Of a DNA stretch of 54,657 nucleotides, positions 1-6,850 are shown piece by piece. Within the stretch, counting starts at the first letter, position 1. Each line of letters starts with the position of its first letter. The translations under genes were made by a program, and so were the position numbers. The stretch is from a virus (Duplodnaviria > Caudoviricetes), in the IMG/VR virus record IMGVR_UViG_3300032087_003663, positions 1-54,657 of that record. One strand, written 5' to 3'. The notes beneath the pieces were generated by a model. It made no database searches, was not told the origin of the DNA, and was given only the letters and a program-made list of their open reading frames with translations.

Positions 1-32
1 CACCTTCAAGCAGTTGAATTGGAGGTGCTGTC

Positions 33-281
33 GTGAGCCATTTTGATTACACCGATCTAGGGTACGGGGTTCGACTCGAACACCCCGACATTGATCGTGA
101 AAATCGCGACTATCAACGCACCGTGTTTTTGCAAGGTGATGACGCCGCGCAGTTCCTCGATGAAATGACGCAACTTGATGACATCTGGCTGGAAAATGGA
201 AACCCCAATCCAGACATCTTTGATTCTCAAGAGGATCACATTGACCTGATTATTGAACCGTATTTTGGAGATGACGCATGA
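33..281 (+). CDS. hypothetical acidic phage early protein
   Basis: GTG start with GGAGG at 21-25; 82 aa, D/E-rich; ATGA overlap with next ORF. Confidence 0.75.
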   Translation: MSHFDYTDLGYGVRLEHPDIDRENRDYQRTVFLQGDDAAQFLDEMTQLDDIWLENGNPNPDIFDSQEDHIDLIIEPYFGDDA

Positions 282-829
282 ACCCCACAACAACTTTGAA
301 AGGGTTGATTGACCGTCTGGTCACGCCCAAATACGCCAATGCTTTTTTGAACAACGAAGATCGCGCGAAGGACTTGACCGATGCGATTCTTGCACTGTCG
401 CCAGAGTCGGAATTTGGACCGGATCATCCTGACTACTCGGACCTGTGCGATTACGCGGAAACCGTAGCAGAACGACATCAGTCGCAGTTTTGGCAGCAAT
501 CACATGAACTGTTTCGGCAGGCCGGTTTTACCAAATCATTGACTAATGATTACTCAGTTGAAGCATGGATCGTCGCCTGCGAGTTGAACGACAGCAATGG
601 TAGCACTCGGTTGCTGATCCTTGATCCCGAAGACGACAATTTCCCCACTAAGTATGAAATGTGCTTTCATTGCGAGAACGAAGAAAACCCACAAAGCCTG
701 TGGCATGATCTTGGCGCAGCATGCAACATTGACGAGGTGAAAGCATTGATCGAACGCGCAAACGCATTGCGTGTCTGCCTCGGATTCAAATTCAATTCAG
801 TAACTGAAATGTACGGAGCAGACAAATGA
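278..829 (+). CDS. hypothetical phage protein
   Basis: 183 aa ORF coupled by ATGA overlaps at both ends; GGAG upstream. Confidence 0.75.
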   Translation: MNPTTTLKGLIDRLVTPKYANAFLNNEDRAKDLTDAILALSPESEFGPDHPDYSDLCDYAETVAERHQSQFWQQSHELFRQAGFTKSLTNDYSVEAWIVACELNDSNGSTRLLILDPEDDNFPTKYEMCFHCENEENPQSLWHDLGAACNIDEVKALIERANALRVCLGFKFNSVTEMYGADK

Positions 830-1569
830 ATCTTGGAGAATTTATTAAATCGAAACGCCACGTTGCATGCTTGCAGTCTAACGGGATTGAAGTAGGCGAA
901 GATGGCCGAGAGGGGTGGTTGTATGGCGACACAGGTTTGCATATCGAAGGGCCTGAGTCGGGTGAATACTGTGTGTGTGTTATTGAAAACTCTGATTGGA
1001 CATCGTTTGAGATGTACCCACTGGAAGCCATCCTGTACCAATTTGGGCTGGAGGAAAACTTCTTTGAGGGACCGCGCTGGACTGACGCAGAAACAGAGCA
1101 GTGGAAAGACCTGTTTCGGGATGCCATGCCAATCGACGATGACGATGACGGTAGTGAACGCCAAGTAAATGCGGAAAATCGACTGTGGAAACATATCACC
1201 GAAATGTTCGGAGAAGATATCAACAATGAATTTGTTGATCATAGCGTCCGAACGCATGCCACTTCGTCTGAGCATTTGCGAGATGTAGCTCAATTTGTTT
1301 TAGGTCGATTCCGTCTGTTTCTCTGTGATCAGGATGTGCAGGAATACTTTGAATATCTATTCGAGAATAAGGCTGATTACCATCTCGATGATTCACCCGA
1401 TGACATTCACTGGGGTAATGGCGTAGAGCATGCTCACGATCCCACAGGTGCAAATGTCGTTGAAACCATCAAGGTAGCTCACGATGCACTGTGGGGCTTC
1501 TGCAATCCTTGGGACGACAAGTATCGGTATTACGAGATGTTCAAAGAATGGCACGATAGCGAAGATTGA
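826..1569 (+). CDS. hypothetical highly acidic phage protein
   Basis: 247 aa ORF, ATGA-coupled, very D/E-rich. Confidence 0.8.
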   Translation: MNLGEFIKSKRHVACLQSNGIEVGEDGREGWLYGDTGLHIEGPESGEYCVCVIENSDWTSFEMYPLEAILYQFGLEENFFEGPRWTDAETEQWKDLFRDAMPIDDDDDGSERQVNAENRLWKHITEMFGEDINNEFVDHSVRTHATSSEHLRDVAQFVLGRFRLFLCDQDVQEYFEYLFENKADYHLDDSPDDIHWGNGVEHAHDPTGANVVETIKVAHDALWGFCNPWDDKYRYYEMFKEWHDSED

Positions 1570-1576
1570 TGTTGCT

Positions 1577-1619
1577 GATCGCGAGTAGCCACATCCCTGT
1601 GCAAGTCTGGGGCGCGATC
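1577..1619 (+). ncRNA. tRNA-like minihelix element 1 (acceptor stem + T-arm)
   Basis: GATCGCG(1577-83) pairs with CGCGATC(1613-19); 11-nt linker AGTAGCCACAT; arm CCCTG-TGCAAGT-CTGGG (one mismatch); intergenic; followed by TGTTTCTGTTTTAAC. Confidence 0.55.
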
Positions 1620-1620
1620 C

Positions 1621-1635
1621 TGTTTCTGTTTTAAC
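1621..1635 (+). promoter_or_regulatory. TGTTTCTGTTT leader motif, copy 1
   Basis: TGTTTCTGTTTTAAC just upstream of GGAGG and ATG 1649; motif recurs at 2391, 3366 and 47716 (- strand). Confidence 0.55.
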
Positions 1636-1648
1636 TCGGAGGATAGTT

Positions 1649-1945
1649 ATGAAGTTTGTAGATGCCTTGCCATATGTGGCAAAGATTGTAGACACCGCGC
1701 TGAGTGTTCAGGACTGCATCGGTTCGGATGCTGGTCAAATGCTGGAAGGAAAGAAGTGCAAGTTGGTCGGCTGGCAATGCGGGTTTGAACCACATTTTAT
1801 CGCAGTGGTTGATGCGTATGACTGTGAAGTCGAGGACGACGAAGCAGAAGAAATTGCGGTCGATTACTTGGAAGAAAAAAACTGGTTCTGTGATCACCTT
1901 GACTCTCGCATTCCTGACTACGTCATTGGGAGAGCAGACGCATGA
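1649..1945 (+). CDS. hypothetical acidic protein
   Basis: 98 aa; strong GGAGG ribosome-binding site; ATGA overlap with next ORF. Confidence 0.8.
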   Translation: MKFVDALPYVAKIVDTALSVQDCIGSDAGQMLEGKKCKLVGWQCGFEPHFIAVVDAYDCEVEDDEAEEIAVDYLEEKNWFCDHLDSRIPDYVIGRADA

Positions 1946-2328
1946 ACCGAGAAACTACATTTCACAATCCAGACCTGATCGAAATGTCTTACGGGCAGGT
2001 GCTGGATGCCATCGAGGACACCGACAGCAATCCGTTCGACATGACGATCCGTTGCCAAGACGAATGGACTGTGATCGCAGCATGCGTGAATGTTGGGATC
2101 GACTCCCACTTGGAGGCGATTGTCAACGCAGGCAAAGAGTTCGACAACGGGTCGTGTTCGGTAACTCCGCACAATCTGTGCATCCTGCTGCGACGATTGT
2201 CAGAGACAGACTTTGGCGATGACCATCTGTGGGACGCTGCTCATTCCTTGCAGAGCAGCATCCTGACTGTTCTGGGGTTCGATGACGCTGGCAAGTATGT
2301 GGGTCGGGAGACTTTGGGGCTGGAATAG
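1942..2328 (+). CDS. hypothetical acidic protein
   Basis: 128 aa ORF, translationally coupled. Confidence 0.8.
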   Translation: MNRETTFHNPDLIEMSYGQVLDAIEDTDSNPFDMTIRCQDEWTVIAACVNVGIDSHLEAIVNAGKEFDNGSCSVTPHNLCILLRRLSETDFGDDHLWDAAHSLQSSILTVLGFDDAGKYVGRETLGLE

Positions 2329-2348
2329 ATTCAGCCTGGAAATGTTTT

Positions 2349-2388
2349 GGTGCGATGGTCTGTGGCTGGGTTCGACTCCCAGCGCACC
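2349..2388 (+). ncRNA. tRNA-like minihelix element 2
   Basis: GGTGCG(2349-54)/CGCACC(2383-88); 11-nt linker ATGGTCTGTGG; perfect T-arm CTGGG-TTCGACT-CCCAG; intergenic; followed by CCTGTTTCTGTTTTTAAC. Confidence 0.7.
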
Positions 2389-2390
2389 CC

Positions 2391-2406
2391 TGTTTCTGTT
2401 TTTAAC
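2391..2406 (+). promoter_or_regulatory. TGTTTCTGTTT leader motif, copy 2
   Basis: TGTTTCTGTTTTTAAC upstream of GGAG and ATG 2424. Confidence 0.55.
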
Positions 2407-2423
2407 ACTATCGGAGTTTCGTT

Positions 2424-2627
2424 ATGTCTTTAATCAGCAGGTATGAGGGTCGTTTTAAGAAGCAGTTCAGAAGGTTTGTGCGGCGAATCATGCACCACAT
2501 TCCCGTTGTTCGCGGTCGGCATGAGTACACATGCAATCGTTGTGGGTACAAAGAATATGAGAACTCAGTGGACAGTGATATGTGCCTCCGATGTGGGGCT
2601 GATGACTGGCATGCAGAAGACATTTAA
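2424..2627 (+). CDS. small zinc-ribbon protein
   Basis: 67 aa; CNRCG...CLRCG (two CxxC); GGAG upstream. Confidence 0.7.
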   Translation: MSLISRYEGRFKKQFRRFVRRIMHHIPVVRGRHEYTCNRCGYKEYENSVDSDMCLRCGADDWHAEDI

Positions 2628-2642
2628 GGAACAGGTGGAAGC

Positions 2643-2885
2643 ATGAAGTACGCACTAGTCGACACATTTAATAATGTCGTTCTGTCACTGCATCGGATCG
2701 AACGATGCGCTGAGGATGCTTTACAGAAGCATGATCGGCAAGTTCGCGCTGCAAACGGGGATACATCGTACATCCCCAAAGACATCATTTGGGATTCCGA
2801 TCACATTCTCAGGGTCGGATGGGTGTACGAGACACAGCAGTTGCAAGAAGTTGACACACACAGCCGAATGGAAGGAAAGTCATGA
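2643..2885 (+). CDS. hypothetical protein
   Basis: 80 aa ORF; AGGTGG upstream; ATGA overlap with next ORF. Confidence 0.7.
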   Translation: MKYALVDTFNNVVLSLHRIERCAEDALQKHDRQVRAANGDTSYIPKDIIWDSDHILRVGWVYETQQLQEVDTHSRMEGKS

Positions 2886-3247
2886 AAGATAAAGAGATTG
2901 AAAAGATCGTCGAACCATTGATTCCCAAGATCGCGAAAGTTTGCCAGCAGAACGATGCCCCACTTGGGAGAGTTGTGTGCTGCGGCGCGACCAGTGTTCG
3001 CCAGCGGGCTGACGGAGTCAAAGGAACTGTCACTGTCATCCTATCTGACTCGCATCCTGGTTGGCGGGCAAAGGACAATCATGCGGGTCGTTCGGCATTA
3101 AAGAATGGCGTTCAACAAGTCTTTTCGGGGCTGGACTGTGACTTCAACGTCAAAGTGCAAGCCTCTTACAGTTGCATGCAGGTCGATAATGGGGTCGTCG
3201 CTCGACGCAACGATTCCGGCGATGTCATTGGATGCTACGCGGAGTGA
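2882..3247 (+). CDS. hypothetical protein
   Basis: 121 aa ORF, coupled. Confidence 0.7.
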   Translation: MKDKEIEKIVEPLIPKIAKVCQQNDAPLGRVVCCGATSVRQRADGVKGTVTVILSDSHPGWRAKDNHAGRSALKNGVQQVFSGLDCDFNVKVQASYSCMQVDNGVVARRNDSGDVIGCYAE

Positions 3248-3253
3248 CACCCT

Positions 3254-3313
3254 GACGCGATGGGTTCAGCACTATCGACTCAGTGCTGCTGCTGCTCGAC
3301 TCGGCGGCGCGTC
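3254..3313 (+). ncRNA. tRNA-like element 3 (acceptor stem, extra hairpin, T-arm)
   Basis: GACGCG(3254-59)/CGCGTC(3308-13); ATGG after the 5' strand; hairpin CAGCACT/AGTGCTG; arm CTGCTG-CTCGACT-CGGCGG; followed by CCTGT. Confidence 0.6.
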
Positions 3314-3315
3314 CC

Positions 3316-3334
3316 TGTGACCTGACTTGTCACA
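3316..3334. promoter_or_regulatory. putative palindromic operator TGAC-N7-GTCA, copy 1
   Basis: tgTGACCTGACTTGTCAca; 14/15 identical to 54023-54037. Confidence 0.5.
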
Positions 3335-3365
3335 TAGCTTGTCAAATTAGGTTACACACACTTAA

Positions 3366-3376
3366 TGTTTCTGTTT
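3366..3376 (+). promoter_or_regulatory. TGTTTCTGTTT leader motif, copy 3
   Basis: Exact 11-mer upstream of GGAGGT and ATG 3402. Confidence 0.5.
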
Positions 3377-3401
3377 CTGATATCTACAACGGAGGTATGG
3401 G

Positions 3402-3884
3402 ATGAACAATCTCAAAGTTGTCGGGGTCTTCGATGACGCTGGCAAACACTATGACATCACCGACATGCTGTCTGGTCAAACGCATCGCGCCCAACGTGAA
3501 GGGCGCAGGTTCAAGCTCCCTGATGGGTTTGTTGGCTCGCTGAAAGAGTGCAAGGACAAGGTCGCGAGTAATCAGGTCGGGGAACAGGAGGTCGTCGAGT
3601 GCGTGTTCTGTGGGACCAGCGCATCCTGTGCTGCTTGCACTGGCTACCGCGCCGCGGATGGGACTTGGGACACGGTTCATCCAGCCGCATTGCTGGCGAT
3701 CCTTGCAGGCAACCGGCCTGATGCCATTGATGATGCGATGAAAGACGCGGTCGTTGAATGTCTCGATTGCTACGGATACCTGGACGAGCGTGGCGAACCT
3801 GATTCGGGTCGCGGAGTCACTGAGTTGGGAATCTGGAAAACCAAGCGGATGACCGCGATGGGGGTCGTTTCAAATGACGAATGA
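3402..3884 (+). CDS. hypothetical protein with Cys cluster
   Basis: 160 aa; GGAGGT upstream; CVFC...CAAC. Confidence 0.75.
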   Translation: MNNLKVVGVFDDAGKHYDITDMLSGQTHRAQREGRRFKLPDGFVGSLKECKDKVASNQVGEQEVVECVFCGTSASCAACTGYRAADGTWDTVHPAALLAILAGNRPDAIDDAMKDAVVECLDCYGYLDERGEPDSGRGVTELGIWKTKRMTAMGVVSNDE

Positions 3885-4119
3885 AAACGAAACCGATGTA
3901 CCTAGAAACGCGGCGACAATAGTCACATGCATGCTGTGCCAGATTCCGCATGAGGTTTGTTTCGAGAAGACCGGATGGATGCGATGGAGGTCTGGTGAGC
4001 ATATCCAAGTCGCAATGCCTTATCTCAACTCAAACGAGCGAGAAATCCTTATCAGTAGGATTTGCGGTCGATGCTTTGATCACATGCATGAGGGGGGCGA
4101 TGACGATGAAATGGCATGA
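3874..4119 (+). CDS. small zinc-finger-like protein
   Basis: 81 aa; CMLC...CGRC. Confidence 0.75.
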   Translation: MTNENETDVPRNAATIVTCMLCQIPHEVCFEKTGWMRWRSGEHIQVAMPYLNSNEREILISRICGRCFDHMHEGGDDDEMA

Positions 4120-4462
4120 TGATTTTTCAACCCTTCTTGAACTGTGTGAATGGCTCGACGCGGAGTGCATGATGTTCCCGGAAACCATTGGAGCATTGGA
4201 CATGCTCAGGAAGCCACTCAGGTGGTATCGTGAGTACGATGCTTGGCAACTCTGGTGCGAAATACCATCTTGCTGCGAAAGGGCGAGAGATGAGGTCGTA
4301 GACGCCGTAATTGATGGACGTGCCATTGACTCGGACTTCGTTGACAGCATCAGGAAACGCTACAAACGGGAGCTATTAGGGTCGAGACATCACTCTTTTA
4401 CCACTCGCGTTTTTAATCTAGTCTTCGGGTGTACCGAACCTGAGGAGGATGACCATGAGTAG
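4106..4462 (+). CDS. hypothetical protein
   Basis: In-frame ATG (MKWHDD) after GAGGGGG; preferred over the 3950 start, which overlaps the previous gene. Confidence 0.7.
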   Translation: MKWHDDFSTLLELCEWLDAECMMFPETIGALDMLRKPLRWYREYDAWQLWCEIPSCCERARDEVVDAVIDGRAIDSDFVDSIRKRYKRELLGSRHHSFTTRVFNLVFGCTEPEEDDHE

Positions 4463-4649
4463 CGAACGCAAGAACCTTTCCCAGCCCGCTGATTGGTGGT
4501 CGGCATTCGAGCGTCAGGCCGCTAAAGAGGGACACACGCTGAGTCATTGGATGGGGTTGTGCTGCATTGCCAACCTGCCAGTGCTTGAGCAAAAGAAACT
4601 AACGGATCGCCCACCGGCGCACCGTCCGCGTAAGGAACCTGATAGCTGA
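4449..4649 (+). CDS. putative ribbon-helix-helix DNA-binding protein
   Basis: 66 aa; RKNLSQP strand then WWSAFERQAAKEGHTLSHWM helix pattern, typical of RHH/CopG-like folds; GAGGAGG upstream. Confidence 0.55.
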   Translation: MTMSSERKNLSQPADWWSAFERQAAKEGHTLSHWMGLCCIANLPVLEQKKLTDRPPAHRPRKEPDS

Positions 4650-4682
4650 CTGCTATGTGGGTCGAGCAAAGAAAGGATCAAG

Positions 4683-4790
4683 ATGCTCACAACAATTCTG
4701 TTTCTGTTTACATTCTTATTTGGCTATCTTGCAGGGTTCTGGACACTGGTCGCCCTGTTGAAGGAGGAACAACGTCATGGCAAAAGTTAA
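4683..4790 (+). CDS. small single-TM protein (35 aa, below ORF track cutoff)
   Basis: MLTTILFLFTFLFGYLAGFWTLVALLKEEQRHGKS; AAAGGA upstream; fills the gap before the recombinase. Confidence 0.55.
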   Translation: MLTTILFLFTFLFGYLAGFWTLVALLKEEQRHGKS

Positions 4791-5625
4791 GGTCGCAGGG
4801 TACGGACGCATGAGTACCATCGATCAGAAGGAATCACCAAAGGTACAAGAGGAGGCGATTCGACGCTGGTTTGATTACCAGAAAGAAGGAGATCGCTGGC
4901 CTGATGGTGCTGAGTTCATTGGCATGTTCGTCGATGAGGCTGTTTCGTCGAAGGTGCATCTGCTGGATCGCAAGTATGGACAGTTTATGCTGGCGATACT
5001 TGATCCAGGCGATGTCTTTGTGTGCAGCAAAATCGACCGAGCATTCAGGTCATCCGCTGACATGGAGCGAACACTGGACAAGTTCAAAGAAGCTGGGATT
5101 CATGCCGTGTTCCTTGACATGAACGTCGATAGCACAACTGCTATGGGCGAATGGATGCTCGGCAATAGTGTCAGCATTGCGCGATTTGAACGTAAGCGGA
5201 TCGGGGAGCGAACCAGAGAGGCTTTGCGGTCAAAGCAAAAGCGCGGTGAAGCGGTCGGCTCTGCTGTTGCTGGATTCAAGCGAGAGAAAGGCAAGGGAAG
5301 CAAGAAACTGATACCCGACATCGAGCAACGAAAGTTGGGCTTTGCTGCGGCTGAATTGATTCGCAAGGGCCATAGCCGAACGATGGTCGGCAAGCTGATT
5401 CGGCCATTTGTGAAAAAGCATGGAATCAAGTGCGGGGTCGGTGATCGCACACTTGTGAACACTGCTGCTGCGTCATGCCTCGATTTCCCGATCTGTGGGA
5501 ACAGGAAGTCTAGCGAGATACTTGGAATAAACACCCTGACCTTCGAGTTTGTCAGGCGTAAAGATCACGACGATCTGAAAGACAAACTGTATCGAGAACT
5601 GAGAAACCAAGGGTGGGATTGTTAG
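4777..5625 (+). CDS. serine recombinase (resolvase/invertase family)
   Basis: Catalytic YGRMST..Q motif, D.AVSS, KIDRAFRS, and ARFERKRIGERT helix E; AAGGAGG upstream. Confidence 0.9.
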   Translation: MAKVKVAGYGRMSTIDQKESPKVQEEAIRRWFDYQKEGDRWPDGAEFIGMFVDEAVSSKVHLLDRKYGQFMLAILDPGDVFVCSKIDRAFRSSADMERTLDKFKEAGIHAVFLDMNVDSTTAMGEWMLGNSVSIARFERKRIGERTREALRSKQKRGEAVGSAVAGFKREKGKGSKKLIPDIEQRKLGFAAAELIRKGHSRTMVGKLIRPFVKKHGIKCGVGDRTLVNTAAASCLDFPICGNRKSSEILGINTLTFEFVRRKDHDDLKDKLYRELRNQGWDC

Positions 5626-6227
5626 CCCGTATCCCACGTTCCTATCAATTCGCCATCAGTGTACGCAAGCACTGTCTCAAGCTCTGGTTGTGTAGCCGAG
5701 AGAGTCCAACCAACTTTCTCGCAGGCAACCAGAGCTTCTTTAATGAACTCACTAGCACCGTATATCGGGATCACCCAGCGATCCAGTCCGAATGGTTCAA
5801 TCGTGCAGACCAGTCGCTTTCCGCACTTTGATGTTCGCACGGAGATGTCGAAGTCTTCAGTGCATTCATCACGATACTGATGAAACCGTGTTAGGTCGCC
5901 ATGCTCACCGGCGTAACGATGGACTGCCTCATGCATCATCGTCGCCATTCCGACAATCCATATGTTTGCTGTTTCGCGGCTGAATAGCATTGGGTACTGG
6001 GGTTGTCCCGATCTAGCTATAACGTGCGTGTCTTTTAACGCCAGCGATACTGCCACCACTCCCTCCTGGTCGGCAGCTTTGCGACCAGCCGGGTAGTAAC
6101 GCAACGCCTTGCCCTCTTGCTGCAAGTCTATTAGCACACCAAGGGCGTCAGTGCATCCCGCTGTTGCTCGATCATATAGTTCCGACACATGCTTCTTGCG
6201 CAGCATCTGCCGCTTCTTGCGACTCAT
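5622..6227 (-). CDS. hypothetical protein
   Basis: About 200 aa; TAATG overlap with upstream gene; converges on the recombinase. Confidence 0.7.
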   Translation of the reverse strand: MSRKKRQMLRKKHVSELYDRATAGCTDALGVLIDLQQEGKALRYYPAGRKAADQEGVVAVSLALKDTHVIARSGQPQYPMLFSRETANIWIVGMATMMHEAVHRYAGEHGDLTRFHQYRDECTEDFDISVRTSKCGKRLVCTIEPFGLDRWVIPIYGASEFIKEALVACEKVGWTLSATQPELETVLAYTDGELIGTWDTG

Positions 6228-6472
6228 TACCATGCCTTGCACGACCAGTACCCAGCAGTCAGCTTAGACTTTTTTTGTCCGCACTTATGCCGAGCGTGAA
6301 AACTGTCTCGGTTCTTCTTCTTGTGCTTCTTAATCGGCATCTTGGGGTCGCCAAAACGAACCAGCTTTATCCTGCCACCTTCTTTTGCCAGGACAGCAGA
6401 CTTTTTGGATGCACCCGGCGTTCGCTTTGGCTTGTTGTAGCCGGAAAACTTTTCGCCTCTGTACTCAATCAT
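6227..6472 (-). CDS. small basic protein of a family I recognise from aquatic phages
   Basis: 81 aa, K/R-rich; VRFGDP...SFHARHKC...AGYWSCKAW signature. Confidence 0.8.
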   Translation of the reverse strand: MIEYRGEKFSGYNKPKRTPGASKKSAVLAKEGGRIKLVRFGDPKMPIKKHKKKNRDSFHARHKCGQKKSKLTAGYWSCKAW

Positions 6473-6481
6473 GGCTATTCC

Positions 6482-6850
6482 TCAGCTCTCAAGGGCGTTG
6501 ATGACAACACGACAGGCAGCAGTGTCTGCTTTCAGGTACAGGGTGGTGGAAGCACTGTTGATCCTAAAAGGGCCAGCAGTTTCACCGGCCATGAGCTTGC
6601 CGCCATATACACCAGTGCTGAAACCCCACTCGACAAAATTAGTTGAGTCAAGGTTTTGAATCGTACACCAACCCGGCGTTGTTAGTTCACTGAAAGCCTC
6701 AGTCTCTTCTGTGATTCCAATCTCTTTCATGCCGGGGGATGGACCGCCCACTGCTGCCTGGTCGTAGCTCTTTGTGCCGTAGTTTTGGCTAAAAGACAGG
6801 TTGCCATTATCTACAGACATCGATGCTGCGATTCGGATTTCATCAGCCAT
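6482..6850 (-). CDS. hypothetical, probably virion-associated beta-rich protein
   Basis: 122 aa; TAATG-coupled to the giant ORF; IQNLDSTNFVE motif. Confidence 0.7.
   Translation of the reverse strand: MADEIRIAASMSVDNGNLSFSQNYGTKSYDQAAVGGPSPGMKEIGITEETEAFSELTTPGWCTIQNLDSTNFVEWGFSTGVYGGKLMAGETAGPFRINSASTTLYLKADTAACRVVINALES

Noticed and set aside
65-87. CGGGGTTCGACTCGAACACCCCG, a hairpin containing a T-loop-like sequence
   Set aside because: It lies inside ORF 33-281 and lacks the separate acceptor stem and 5-bp T-arm, so it is not counted as a tRNA mimic.
1704-2222. 172-aa alternative-frame ORF
   Set aside because: It overlaps two coupled ORFs with good ribosome-binding sites and has no recognisable motif.
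2349-2388. Reading the T-arm elements as att-site tRNA 3' remnants or true tRNAs
   Set aside because: Each has its own complementary 5' acceptor strand close upstream and no anticodon arm, and none matches the tRNA-Ser 3' end.
4699-4709. Fifth TGTTTCTGTTT copy
   Set aside because: It encodes LFLF within the probable small TM ORF and has no tRNA-like element nearby, so it may be coincidental.
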